Shown piece by piece: positions 43,367 through 54,737 of a DNA stretch of 64,000 nucleotides; positions within the stretch are counted from its first letter, which is position 1, and each line of letters starts with the position of its first letter. Source of the stretch: an uncultured Nitrospinota bacterium (GTDB lineage Bacteria > Tectomicrobia > Entotheonellia > J063 > CAVPRW01); contig CAVPRW010000031.1 in the NCBI GenBank assembly GCA_963707985.1, positions 288,001 to 352,000 of the forward strand, in the 5' to 3' direction. A model generated the notes under the pieces. It made no database searches and was not told the origin of the DNA. It saw nothing but the letters and a program-made list of their open reading frames with translations. A program made the position numbers and the translations under genes.

Positions 43367-43645
43367 ACCGAGAACCTCCGTTAAGAGATCCCGCGCCTTC
43401 CATCTTTCCCCAGAATAGAATGGGCCCTGCGCAGAATTTTGTTACGGCGCAGTTTGCCACGGTTTGGGAGGACTCCAAGCGTACTTTCACGGTGAAAACA
43501 GGGTTGAAGTGCGTGGTCACCCGGCCATCACGCAGTCCTACCAGGAGGCCAGCGGCGTGACTTTGGTGGATCGTCACCTCGTCTCATCGCCAGTTTGGAA
43601 CTCACGAGAAATACAGGTCATAAGAGCTTAACGGAGGTTTTCGGT
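43367..43645. mobile_element. 279-bp MITE/internally deleted IS
   Basis: 19-bp TIR ACCGARAACCTCCGTTAAG (18/19), TGG on both flanks. Confidence 0.75.
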
Positions 43646-43666
43646 TGGTTGTGCTTAATACCCCGC

Positions 43667-44558
43667 TTAGCGCATCATCGGCCCTGAGGGCATCCGGCCC
43701 ATCATGCCCGGTCCCATCATGCCGCCGCCCATCATGCGCGCCATGTGCACCACCATCCAGCCCTGCGGCTCCTCTCCCAAGGCACGCGTCGGGGACAGCA
43801 GGTGCACGGGCGGCACCAGGGTCTCGAGATAATACACCAGGGCCCAGATCTCTTGGCTATCCAGCGAGTCCCCATAGGACGGCATCGGGGTGCCGGAGAG
43901 CCCCGTGGCGATGGTGAGGTAGATCCCATCCAGGGTGGAGCCACGCTTGAGCGGCCGCCATGTCAGATCGCTCGGCCACGTCGGCCAGCCCCAGTCGTCC
44001 TTCAATCCCAGAGCCGAGGGGCCATCCCCGCGGCCCCGCTCTCCGTGGCACTCAGCACACCCGGCGTCGTGGTAGAGACGGCGGCCCTGCTCGAGCAGGG
44101 CTTGGTCCTTCGGCGGAGGCGGCGGCACGGTCACCGGCGCTGCCGTTCGCTCGGCGGCGAAGCGTGGCGAGAACGTCTTCAGGTAATGCACGACCGCACG
44201 CCGGTCGGCCTCTGAGAGGTCCGGCCGGCCCACCATGCCAGTCCACCGGACGCCATGGGTGACCGTGCGTAGCAGGTCGTCATCGGTGGGCAGTGAACCG
44301 GACGGGGTGGAGCGGAACTTGAAGAGACCGGGGCGGAAATCTCGCGGTCGGACGCGCAACATGTGGGCGGCCACGCCATTGCCGTCACCGTTGATGCCGT
44401 GGCAGATGGCGCATTGGCCTCGTACACCTCGCCCCCCCGCCGCAACACTGCCGGCGAGGCCGGGGCGCGTTCCTGCGCACTGGTCGAGCGGATCGGATCC
44501 CCAAGCCGTATCCCCACCACACCAGGAACAGCACTAGGACTGCAAAGACTCTCCTCAT
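43667..44558 (-). pseudogene. Di-heme cytochrome c, frameshifted near 5' end, Met-rich tail
   Basis: CAICHG at ~44400-44414 and CAECHG; PRDF..G.FKFRST, GLSGTPMPSY. Confidence 0.8.
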
Positions 44559-44694
44559 GCGTAGGCCTTCTTGCATTAAGGCCTCCCCCCTTCCGGCTGA
44601 TGAGCGAATCCTCACCACCAAGATGCGATCCTTCCAATCTCCCCCGGCCCCTGAAATCGCACGTCACGGGGGTCTGGGGGGAGGTCCCGTTTCC

Positions 44695-45237
44695 TTAGCG
44701 CATCATCATAGGACCGCCGGACGGCATCACGTTCCCCCATGGGTTGATGTGGAGGAGGCGACTTTCACCTTGCGAGCCCTTCAGCTCCGCCTGATACATC
44801 GTCATGTTCCCCCACGTAAAGGGGAGTACGTGCTCGACCTTGAACCCCTTCAGGTAGTTGTCTGTATACTGCTGGGCCAGCTCCTTAGCCCGCTCCTCCG
44901 TGATCGTCGGCTCGGCTATCCCAGGGCCCATGCCCATCATGCCCGGTCCCATCATGCCGGGCCCCATCATGCCCGGCCCCATACCCCAGCCCATCCCGGG
45001 GCCCATCATACCCGGCCCCATACCCCAACCCCAGCCCATGCCAGGACCCATCATACCCGGCCCCATACCCCAACCCCAGCCCATGCCAGGGCCCATCATA
45101 CCCGGCCCCATGCCCCAACCCCAGCCCATGCCAGGGCCCATCCCCATGGGTCCGCCCGGGGTCATCTGCGCGAGGGCCGTGCCACCCAGCACAGCCAGCA
45201 TGACTGCGGTCACCGCTACACTGATCAGTCGCTTCAT
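44695..45237 (-). CDS. Secreted Gly/Met/Trp-repeat protein with small C-terminal PepSY-like domain
   Basis: Signal peptide ending ALA-Q; GPGMGWGWGMGPGMM repeats. Confidence 0.8.
   Translation of the reverse strand: MKRLISVAVTAVMLAVLGGTALAQMTPGGPMGMGPGMGWGWGMGPGMMGPGMGWGWGMGPGMMGPGMGWGWGMGPGMMGPGMGWGMGPGMMGPGMMGPGMMGMGPGIAEPTITEERAKELAQQYTDNYLKGFKVEHVLPFTWGNMTMYQAELKGSQGESRLLHINPWGNVMPSGGPMMMR
44922..45147 (-). repeat. Intragenic tandem repeat, 45-bp unit x3 plus shorter 39- and 15-bp units
   Basis: CCCATCATACCCGGCCCCATACCCCAACCCCAGCCCATGCCAGG recurring. Confidence 0.9.
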
Positions 45238-45624
45238 CGCCTCTCCCCCCTGCTCCTTCATTCTGACGTTTCGCCCCGCATGCAACACCCCATCGGCACA
45301 CGAACAAGCGGCGGCACAAAGGTATGCACTCACCGCTTCTGGGCTACCTGCACGTCACCACTCTGCCTCACCGAAAGTCCCGCACTCATGAGAGGTATGG
45401 GACTATTTGTCCCTCTATGGGGTAGGATATCCCATTTTAGGCACCTCAGGGCCGGTCGCTTGGAGCCAGACGATGTCGGTCACGACCTGGTGAGCGCCAT
45501 CATCGTGGTCCCTCCATTCCTCTCCAAGTCGCCGTCATGCGGCCACGGATCCCATTGCTGAAATCGTGCAGCATACCCCATGCCAGCGAGCAGGATGGCC
45601 TTCCGATACGGGGTAAAACCACCC

Positions 45625-45800
45625 GTGATGTTGAGGGCCATCTCCGGACTGGCGATAGCGATGCCAATCATGGCATCGCCGGCGGCCGCTCCCCCATTGC
45701 CGATGTCACTTCTTGAGCGACTCGGCCAAGCGCTCCGAGCCTCCATGAGCGGCCCAGACGGCCGCGACGAGGACGAGACCCCACAGCCAAGCGCCTCCTC
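45625..45800 (-). pseudogene. Na/Ca exchanger (CaCA) N-terminal fragment
   Basis: LWGLVLVAAVWAAHGGSERLAESLKK* then AMIGIAIASPEMALN (alpha-repeat SPE). Confidence 0.45.
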
Positions 45801-46405
45801 TCTCAGTCAATCACGCCGCTCACCTGTGGGATTGGCGTTCTCATCCGGCTCTGTCAGGCATATACTCTACCCATCACGGGCGTTCGAGGGATTCCACCAC
45901 GAGACCCCATTGGAGGTGAGTTCCTCCTCCTGTGAATGCACGCGGTCTCGGCTATCATCGCCCCACCATCCAGAGGCGACCGCCAGGGCGATCAGGAAAC
46001 CGAAGACGATGAGGTTTTCCATCGCGGCCCTCGTCTGTCCAGCCGATCGACCGTGATCCAGGTGCGCTGCCGTGTTGCCCATCGCTGACGCCCGTCACCG
46101 TCCATCTCGCGGCGCAGCCCCCGCCAGTGGTGGGCATCGCCATTCCTAGATGCTTGCCGGGCCGACTCTCACGCGGCCACACCGAGGCTGAGCACGGACA
46201 GCCCGACCGTCGCGAGCGTGCGGAGCGGCGTTGCCTTGGGCGTCGTTCAACCGCTGCAGATGCTCGTATGCTGGGGTATCGATTCGCAAGGGTGCCAGGC
46301 CCGGAATCCACCGGCCGATCCTGGAAATGATCCTGCTTGAGCTTCATCTTGTGAAACGTTAATCGCATACTCGCGCATATATACTATTATCACACATCCC
46401 AACGA

Positions 46406-46686
46406 GGACCTACAGGAGGGAAGCTGCGATACGACCTAATAAGCCCCGCTGAGCCCTGTGATGATTTCCGTTTGACTATTCTATACTGGCAGTTCTGCGT
46501 TAGAATGACCCGCCCTTCAGTCGATAGACCCCCGATCGGAGGCTAAAAGTACCGGTTCTCTGGTTTGTGGGAAATTTGCCCTGAGGATGAGACGAAGCAG
46601 CGAACGCACATATCAGTGGAATAACGCTTACTTTTCAATGAGATAAAGCTTATTAGGTATTACCGCAGCTTCCCTCCCATAGGTCC
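46406..46686. mobile_element. Element bounded by 39-bp inverted repeats (MITE, possibly inserted at TA in a palindrome)
   Basis: 46406-46444 vs reverse complement of 46648-46686: 34/39. Confidence 0.75.
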
Positions 46687-46799
46687 ATCTCAGGATGTTG
46701 ATAGTCACAGGCACCTTTGGCCGCTCGCGCGGTCCGGATTTGTGGTATAGTCAGAGCATGTGAGAACTCTTTCACCCCTCTTTAGAGAGCGGCGAAACG

Positions 46800-47066
46800 A
46801 TGGACCTCGCGAAGCGGCGTTGGGTCGCCGGGATAGTTGTCATACTCTGGGTCCTCTTGGGGCCTGTGGGCATGGCTCTTAGCGCCTGTGCGGTCATGGG
46901 AGGCTGCGGAGGGGCATGCACGCTCACCTCCTGTCTTGCGCCAGGTGTGCCCACCGTCGCCCTCTTGGCCATCGGGTCTGTGCCGATAGCACCTCTGAAA
47001 CACCCTTTTATGACCCTGCTTAAGGTCCCCAAACCACCTCCAAGGTCTCTTCCCGTAAGCGTCTAG
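46800..47066 (+). CDS. Small Cys-rich membrane/secreted protein ahead of metal efflux operon
   Basis: Hydrophobic N-terminus, CAVMGGCGGACTLTSC, C-terminal PKPPPR. Confidence 0.6.
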   Translation: MDLAKRRWVAGIVVILWVLLGPVGMALSACAVMGGCGGACTLTSCLAPGVPTVALLAIGSVPIAPLKHPFMTLLKVPKPPPRSLPVSV

Positions 47067-47358
47067 TCTCCTCGGCATTCTCTCTTATCGTTGGCCACAG
47101 GCTGATTCCACGAGGCATGGGGCCGTGTGTCCTCATCTCAAGGGAATCGTCTGTCGGGGCCTACTCCGCCTGGTTCTCAAACGTTCGCCTGGGGTGAACA
47201 TTTGAGATGAGGAAAGCCGGAGGCTCTTGAGGACCGCTTCTGGATGAGCTTTTCCCGCGGGAGCATCGGCGAACGTCTAGGCACCTGGTCAAGACGCTTG
47301 CCGTCGTTCGGCGCGTCCCAGGGCGGAAAAGGGCGTCGGAGAGGTGTGGAGCACAGGC

Positions 47359-50300
47359 ATGGTTTACTGGCTCATTGAGGTGTCGCTGCGCAACCGCTTT
47401 CTCATTATCGCAGGCTTTCTGCTTTAGGGGGCTGGGGCTATTGGGCGCTGCTGACGACCCCGATTGACGCCATCCCCGATCTGTCGGACAACCAGGTGAT
47501 CGTCTTCACCGACTGGCCGGGCCGCTCACCCCAGGAGGTCGAAGACCAGATCACCTACCCGCTGACGGTCAGTCTGCAGGGGTTACCGGGCGTGCGGGTG
47601 GTGCGCTCGTCCTCGGCCTTTGGCTTCTCGATGATCAACGTCATCTTCGAGGACGCCGTGGACCTCTACTTCGCTCGCACCCGGGTCCTGGAACGGCTCA
47701 ACCTGCTGGTCAAGTCGCTGCCGCCGGAGGTGGTGCCGACCCTCGGCCCGGATGCCACGGGGGTGGGGCACGTCTTCTGGTATACCGTGGAGGGGAAGGG
47801 ATACGCGCTGCGGGATCTGCGGTCGCTCCAGGACTGGTTCATCCGCTATCAGCTCAATGCCGTGCCGGGCGTCGCCGAGGTGGCCAGTGTCGGGGGGACC
47901 GTCCGGCAGTATCAGATCGATGTGGACCCCAATCGGCTACGCGCCTTCCGCATCCCGCTCTCCGCCGTCGTGGAGGCGGTGATGCGGAGCAATCGCAACG
48001 TCGGCGGCAACGTCGTCGAGGCCAACGGCACCTGGTCGGTGGTGCGCGGTCTGGGCCTCATTGAGCGCGTCAGCGACATCGAGCAGATTGTGATCGGCGC
48101 GGAGAACGGAGTCCCGATCTTCCTCCGCCAGGTCGCCGAGGTGAAGATCGGCGACGCCTTCCGGGCCAATGCCCTCGTCAAAGGGACGGACGAAGCGGTG
48201 GGTGGCGTCGTGGTCGCCCGCTATGGCGTGAGCACGGTCGACGTCATTCACCGGGTCAAGGAGAAAATCGCGGCCGTCGCAGGCCGGGCTCCCGCCCGGG
48301 CGTGGCGATCGTGCCGTTCTACGACCGCTCGGAGCTCATCGCCCGGGCGGTCGACACGCTCAAGCGGGCGCTGATCGAGGAAATCGTCATCGTCACGCTG
48401 ATGCACATCGTGTTTTTGCTGCATCTACGCTCGGTGTTGATTGTGACGCTGCCGCTGCCCCTGGCCGTCCTGGCGGCCTTTCTCGGCATGCGCTACCTGG
48501 GGATCAGCGCCAATCTGATGTCCCTGGCCGGGATCGCCATCGCCATCGGCGTCCTGGTGGATGCGGCCATCGTGGTGACCGAGAATGCCTTCCGCTTCAT
48601 CGAGATCCGCGGGGTTGACCCGCGCAATCGCCGGCTCGTCGCCGCAACCGTGCGTGATGCGACCCGCCTGGTTGGACGGCCGATCTTTTTCTCGATGGCC
48701 ATTATCATTCTGGCCTTCATCCCGGTCTTTGCCCTCACCGGCCAGGAGGGCAAGCTCTTCCATCCCCTCGCCTTCACCAAGACCTTCGCCGTGACCGGGG
48801 CGACCATGCCTCTCCGTGACGCTCGTGCCCGTCCTCTGCACGCTCCTCCTGGGCGGCAAGATGCACGGGGAGGGCGACAATCCGGTGCTCCGGCCGCTCA
48901 TCTGGGTCTATCGCCCCCTGCTGCGCTGGGCCCTCCGGCACCGCCTCGTGACGGTCGGGATGGCGGTCCTGGTGTTCGCGGGGGCCGTCTCGTTGATCCC
49001 GCGCCTCGGCCGGGAGTTCATGCCGCCCCTCAATGAGGGCGATTTGATGTTCATGCCGGTCACCGACCCGGCCATCTCGCTCTCGCAGGCCATCGAGATT
49101 ATCAAGAAGCAGAACGACGCCATCCAACGGTTCCCTGAAGTGGCCGTGGTCGTGGCCAAGATCGCCCGCGCCGAAACCTCCACCGATCCCGCACCGGTGA
49201 ATATGACCGAGACCATCGTGCACCTCAAACCGGCGTCCGCCTGGCGGCCCGGGATGACACGGGAGAAGCTCATCGGGGAGTTGGACGCCGCCACCACCCT
49301 CCCCGGCGTGGCGAACATCTGGACCCAGCCCATCATCAATCGCATCAACATGCTCACCACCGGCATTCGCTCCGAGGTTGGGGTGAAGGTCTTTGGCGAG
49401 CGACCTGAAGGTCCTGGAGGAGCGGGCGCGCGCGGTCGCCCAAGTGCTGCAGGGCATCCCGGGCGCGGTGGACGTCTATCCCGAGCAGGTGACTGGAGCC
49501 CCCTACCTGGACATTCGTGTCGACCGCGCGGCGGCGGCGCGCTATGGCATCACGGTCGGCGCCATCCAGGACGTCATCGAAACGGCCGTGGGGGAGACCA
49601 ACCAGACGCTGACCATCGAAGGGCGCCAGCGCTTCCCCGTGCGCGTGCGCTATGCGCCGCAATACCGCTCCAGTCCCGAGGCGCTGGCCAGCGTGCTCGT
49701 AGCGGCCCCCAACGGTACGTCGGTGCCCTTGGGGCAACTGGCGGAGATCCGGCCGGTGAGCGGTCCGGCCATGATCGGGAGTGAGAACGGGCTCCTGGTC
49801 GTCAGCGTCCTCCTGAACGTCCGCGGGCGCGACGTCGGGAGCTTCGTGGAGGAAGCCCGGAAGATCGTCGCCGAGACGGTCGAGCTCCCACCGGGGTCCT
49901 ATCTCGAGTGGAGTGGCCAGTACGAGAACGAGGTCCGCGCCCGGCGCCGGCTCCGGATCGTCATCCCCGTGGTCCTGGCGATCATCTACCTGCTGCTGTA
50001 TCGTGACTTACCACTCACTCCTCGAGGCGGCGCACGTCCTCCTGGCTGTGCCCTTTGCGCTCTCCGGCGGCATCTATTTGCTGTACGCCATGGGGTACAA
50101 CATCTCGGTGGCCGTCTGGGTGGGCTTCATCGCCCTGTTTGGGACGGCCGTGCAGACCGCCGTAGTGATGGTGATCTATCTCGAAGAAGCCGTGGCGCGC
50201 AAGCGCGCCGAGCACGAGGGCGTGCTCACACGCGAAGGGCTCCTGGAGGCGGTGACGGAGGGGGCGCTCCTCCGGCTGCGGCCGAAGGTGATGACGGTCT

Positions 50301-50536
50301 CAGCCGTCGTCGCGAGCCTGCTGCCGATCATGTGGAGCCACTCCGCCGGTTCCGAGGTCATGAAACCCCTGGCGACACCGGTCCTGGGCGGCATGGTCAG
50401 TTCGCTCGCGCACGTGCTGCTGGTGACGCCGGTCATCTTCTTCTGGCTTCGGGAGCGGCAGCTCCGGCGGGAGCCGGCGAAGGTGCAGAGTGAGGTGATG
50501 CCCATCGAGGCGCAGGCAGGAGAGGAAAAGGCGTAA
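47359..50536 (+). pseudogene. cusA: CusA/CzcA heavy-metal RND permease with about 5 frameshifts
   Basis: [53 protein letters not shown]. Shifts near 47425, 48290, 48810, 49395, 50005. Confidence 0.9.
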
Positions 50537-50567
50537 TCATGCACAGCAAAAACCGGAGGGAGATCAG

Positions 50568-50984
50568 ATGACACGTGTGCTGAGCCGTGTGGTGATGGGA
50601 CTCTTGCTGAGTACCTTCGTGCTCTTCGTCCCGGCCTGGAGCGCGGAGCTGAAGGTCATCCAAACGCAGAAGGCGAAGGACGTGGTGATCACGCTCCTGA
50701 GTGAATCCGGGCAGTGGACCCAGGGGAAGAACAGCTTCGTCCTGGCGTTTACCTCGGCGAACACCCAAGAGCCGGTGGATGTCGGGAAGGTCACTCTCAG
50801 CACCAGCATGCCGATGCCCGGCATGTCGCCGATGATCGCCGGGGCCACGCTTGCCCCCGAGAACGCCCCCGGCCGTTACCAGGGGACGATCAGTTTTCCG
50901 GATAGCGGCACCAGGCAGGTGACCATCACCTGGGATGGGCCGGCCGGGAAAGGCTCCACCCGGCTCTCGGTTCCCGTACGCTAG
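50568..50984 (+). CDS. YtkA/FixH-like periplasmic protein
   Basis: Signal peptide, SMPMPGMSPM, PGRYQG. Confidence 0.75.
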   Translation: MTRVLSRVVMGLLLSTFVLFVPAWSAELKVIQTQKAKDVVITLLSESGQWTQGKNSFVLAFTSANTQEPVDVGKVTLSTSMPMPGMSPMIAGATLAPENAPGRYQGTISFPDSGTRQVTITWDGPAGKGSTRLSVPVR

Positions 50985-50994
50985 GAGGGTCCGC

Positions 50995-52287
50995 ATGCAA
51001 GGGCATAGAGTGCTCGTCCTGGTCCTCCTCCTAGGCATGGCACGAGTTCAACTCAGCGTGGCTGAAGGGCAGGCGAGCCCTGGAGCCTTGACGGTGGATG
51101 CCGTGGTGACGCAGGCCCTCTCGGAGAACCCGGAGCTCAAAGCCGCCAGAGCCGAGGTCGAAGCCGCTCGTGGGCGGCTCCTGCAGGCGGGGCTCCGCCC
51201 GAACCCCCTGCTGGACGTCAGCGCCCAGCAGAATGTCACGGGTCCAGACAATAACCTCACCGTGGGGGTAACGCTGCCTTTGGACCTCAATGGCCGAAAA
51301 GCCAGGCGCGTCAATGTGGCTGAGGGCGAGCTTGCCATGAAGGAGGCCCAGGTAAGCAACCGGGCGCGGGAGCTGAGCTCCGAGGTGCGCATGAAGGCTG
51401 GAGAGGTCCTCGCCGCGCGGCGAAACCTCCGCATCACGGAGGAGCTCCTCGCGATCAACCGCGAAGCCCTTGGACTTGCCACTCAGCGCGTGCGTCGGGG
51501 AGCGATTCCAGCCCTTGACGAGAACCTCGAGCGTGTCGAAGTCAACCGCCTCGATGCCAGCCGAGAGACCTTGGCGAGCCGGGTAGAGGTCTTGACGCTT
51601 GGGCTCAAAATGCTCGTGGGACTTGCACCGGAGGCCCCATTAGCGCTGAAGGGAGATCTGAGTGTGCCTGTTCTCACGCGCAGGCGCGAGGAAGCGCTCC
51701 AAGAGGCGCTTTCGCTCCGACCGGATCTCCTGGCCACCAGAGCCGAGGCGGCCATGGCCCAGGCGAAGGTGCGAAAAGAAGAGGCCGAGGGGCGCTGGGA
51801 CGCCAGTGTGAATGTGGGCTACATGCGGCAGAACTTTGGCTTTGATCTCAACGGCCTGAGCCAGCGCGGCGAGCCCCGACCGATTACCGACATCTTTCAC
51901 TACGTGGGCGGCGGGGTGACGGTCACGCTCCCGGTGAGAAACCGCAACCAAGGCAATGTCGCGGCGGCCTTGGCGGAGACACAGGCCGCGTCGCGCCGTG
52001 AGGAGTTCGCGGTGCTCGGCGTCCGCCAGGAGGTGCAAGCGGCGTTTGTGTCGTATGCGGCGGCCACGCGCGCGCGTGAGACGTATGCCCACGGGGTGCG
52101 GGACCTTGCCCGCGAGAACCTCGAGGTCATCCGCAAGGCCTATCAGCTCGGGCGCACCTCGCTCCTGGAGGTCATCACTGAGCAGCGGCGCTACATCGAC
52201 ATTGAAATGGGCTATACCGACGCCTTACAGCACGCCTATAACGCCGTGGTCGAGCTTGAGCGTGCGGTGGGTACGAGGTCCTGGTGA
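50995..52287 (+). CDS. TolC family outer membrane factor (CusC/CzcC-like)
   Basis: ALSENPELKAAR, AGLRPNP, LPVRNRNQG, YQLGRTSLLEV. Confidence 0.9.
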   Translation: MQGHRVLVLVLLLGMARVQLSVAEGQASPGALTVDAVVTQALSENPELKAARAEVEAARGRLLQAGLRPNPLLDVSAQQNVTGPDNNLTVGVTLPLDLNGRKARRVNVAEGELAMKEAQVSNRARELSSEVRMKAGEVLAARRNLRITEELLAINREALGLATQRVRRGAIPALDENLERVEVNRLDASRETLASRVEVLTLGLKMLVGLAPEAPLALKGDLSVPVLTRRREEALQEALSLRPDLLATRAEAAMAQAKVRKEEAEGRWDASVNVGYMRQNFGFDLNGLSQRGEPRPITDIFHYVGGGVTVTLPVRNRNQGNVAAALAETQAASRREEFAVLGVRQEVQAAFVSYAAATRARETYAHGVRDLARENLEVIRKAYQLGRTSLLEVITEQRRYIDIEMGYTDALQHAYNAVVELERAVGTRSW

Positions 52288-52300
52288 GGCGAGGAGAGAG

Positions 52301-53611
52301 ATGAGCGTCCATGACACACCGAGCAGCACCCCCCCACGACGGCGTTCGTGGTCCGGCACTGTCGGGCGCGGGGTCTTCAGAGGATGCCTCGCCCTCGGCC
52401 TCATGGCGCTCGGGGCGCTTGGGGCGGCCCTGGTGCTTCGGGTAGAGCGGCGTGGCCCTCCGCATCCGGCCGGCGCGCTCTCACGGCCGACGGCGGGTGA
52501 GGCGCCCGCGATGTCGGCGCCAAATGTTGCGCCCACGACCGAGCCGGCCGGTGACGTCGAAGTCATTCTCACGCCCGAGGCCGTGGCGCAAGCCGGCATC
52601 AAAACGGCGGAGGTGACCCTGGTTGACGCGAGCGCATCGGTCCAGGTGCCGGGGACGGTCATGGCCAACGCTTACCGGGAGGTAAAGGTCTTCCCGATTG
52701 TCGCGGGTATTCTCACCAAGGTGCACGTGGAGCTCGGCATGAGCGTCAGGCGTGGGGTGGCGCTGGCCACGCTCTTTAGTGTGGAGCTCGCCGAGGCCCA
52801 AACCAAATATCTCTCAGCACAGGCCATGGTCGAGGCCGATCACCAGAAGCTCGAACGCACGAAGCAACTCGTCGAGATCGGGGCTGCCAGCCGCCAAGAG
52901 CTTGAAGAAGCCACCGCAGTCCATACGAGCCACGCCACCGAAGCCGAAGCCGCCCGTGAGCGGCTTGTCCTCTTGGGCCTGACTCGCAAGCAGGTGGGGG
53001 CACTCAAGAGTGCGAGCCAGGTGATTTCAACCGTGGTCGTGCCCGCACCGCTTGATGGGGTCATCCTCGAGCGTGCGGCAAACCCTGGCCAAGTCGTGGG
53101 CATGGGAGAGGCACTCTTTGTCGTCACGGACCTCTCGGAGGTCTGGGCCGTGGGGGACCTCTACGAGCAGGATTTTCCGCACGTCCGCGTCGGGTCTGAG
53201 GCCACGCTCACGACGCTTGCCTATCCCGACCTCACACTTCAGGGCCGTGTGACCTACATCGACCCGCGGGTGGATCCGCAGGCGCGCACCGCGAAGGTTC
53301 GGGTGGAGGTCGCTAACCCCGAGGGGCGCCTCCGGCTCGGGATGTATGTGACGCTGACGTATAGTACCGCAAGCGGGGAGCGCGTGGTGGCGGTCCCGCG
53401 CGCCGCCGTGCAGACCATGGCGGGCCATCAGGTGGTCTTCGTCGTGGCGCCGGACGAGGAGGGAAGATTTCTCCAGCGCGCGGTCGAGCTTGGCCCGCCC
53501 GTCGGGGAATTCTATCCCGTGCGCCAGGGGCTGCAACCGGGAGAGGTGGTCGTCACCGAAGGGAGTTTTTTCCTGCGGGCGGAGAGCCTGCGCAATGCTC
53601 CGGCGGGCTAG
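52301..53611 (+). CDS. RND periplasmic adaptor (CusB/CzcB-like)
   Basis: APLDGVILER, DLSEVW, IDPRVDPQARTAKVR, NPEGRLRLGM. Confidence 0.92.
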   Translation: MSVHDTPSSTPPRRRSWSGTVGRGVFRGCLALGLMALGALGAALVLRVERRGPPHPAGALSRPTAGEAPAMSAPNVAPTTEPAGDVEVILTPEAVAQAGIKTAEVTLVDASASVQVPGTVMANAYREVKVFPIVAGILTKVHVELGMSVRRGVALATLFSVELAEAQTKYLSAQAMVEADHQKLERTKQLVEIGAASRQELEEATAVHTSHATEAEAARERLVLLGLTRKQVGALKSASQVISTVVVPAPLDGVILERAANPGQVVGMGEALFVVTDLSEVWAVGDLYEQDFPHVRVGSEATLTTLAYPDLTLQGRVTYIDPRVDPQARTAKVRVEVANPEGRLRLGMYVTLTYSTASGERVVAVPRAAVQTMAGHQVVFVVAPDEEGRFLQRAVELGPPVGEFYPVRQGLQPGEVVVTEGSFFLRAESLRNAPAG

Positions 53612-53642
53612 CCGGGGGTCTCCAAAGAAGAAGAAAGGAGGT

Positions 53643-53915
53643 TTGACGACGAAGCGAGTGATGACACTTGGGGCAGGGCTTCTCGTGTTGGCTCTCATCG
53701 GAGCTCCACTTGTCATAGCCGGGCAGATGCCGATGGGTGGCCAGGGCAGAGAGCCGGAGCAGCCTGCTGGCCAGCAGCCCATGATGGGCCGAGGCATGAC
53801 GGGCATGATGGGTGGTGGAGAGATAGATCCTAAGGCCATGGCCCGGATGCTCGAATTCCGCGGGGATCTGCTGAACAATGCTCGCCACGACCTCCTGGGT
53901 CTTCGTCACTTTTGA
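53643..53915 (+). pseudogene. Met-rich periplasmic protein truncated by repeat/MITE
   Basis: RBS AAGGAGG, signal peptide, PMMGRGMTGMMGG, runs into IS-like ends. Confidence 0.6.
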
Positions 53916-54036
53916 TACTGATGGCGAAGCCAGGTTCGCAGGAACTTATTGCACTAACAAACCTGCTTTTCAAGCTCGTGCCGAACGTAGATCGTATGTA
54001 TTTCAGACTTCGCCATCAGTATCACTTTTGGTGACA
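53914..54036. mobile_element. MITE with GATACTGATGGCGAAGYC inverted repeats
   Basis: IR 53914-53931 / 54006-54023; ACTTTT on both flanks, or right end extends to GGTGACA. Confidence 0.8.
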
Positions 54037-54352
54037 AGGGTAGGTGACCGGCGCATCGGGATTGCCCCACTAGAGCTAACCGCCCCTGGGTATCGGCTCC
54101 CGTAGAAGTGGCGAGCACCGAAACAGACCCCATCCTCTGAGTTGTTAGGGTGCTGCCTGGATGGCAGGCGGCATGCTGGTGTTGGAAGTCGTGGCGGGCC
54201 GTGGCCAAACTCGACGCATGCGTGCCCGCATGCGCCTGGCAACAGTACAGGCGGCTCAAGCTGCGCACGAGACCCGGGGTCCCTTTCCACACTGGGGCGT
54301 GGCACTGCGGGCAGTACCTGGTCAAGAGTAGGGTCAGCCAGTGTGCGGGCAT
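54037..54352 (-). CDS. Small TRASH/YHS-like Cys/His metal-binding protein (3' end uncertain)
   Basis: YCPQCH...LYCCQAHA. Confidence 0.4.
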
Positions 54353-54737
54353 ACGTCTTCTTTCTGGGCCATGGTTCGGTGGGCCCTGTGAGCCGCACAT
54401 GAGGGCTCCCGGCCAGCCCCTCGATTGCGCCTGGTGGCGAGACCTCTCCGCCTCTCTGTCCACCCTTCTTCCTGATATGAGACGCAAGGCAAGAGCCATG
54501 CCCGCTCGGATCATCGAGGCTACGCCACAGACATCCTTCAGCCAGCATTCGCGAGCCGCACGGGTGGAACGGCATGGCCGCCGCTGTGCAGACGCACACA
54601 CAATGGTTAGCAGTACACATCACAACCCTCGGCAACAGATCCTGGGTCTTCGTCATGATTGGGAAAACGATTGGGTAGCCCTGGATCGCATAGATGTCAT
54701 CGTGTGCCATCTCTATGCTGAACTTTCTGGCCTACAA

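Noticed and set aside
44922..45147. CRISPR array
   Set aside because: Contiguous coding tandem repeats without unique spacers; no cas genes
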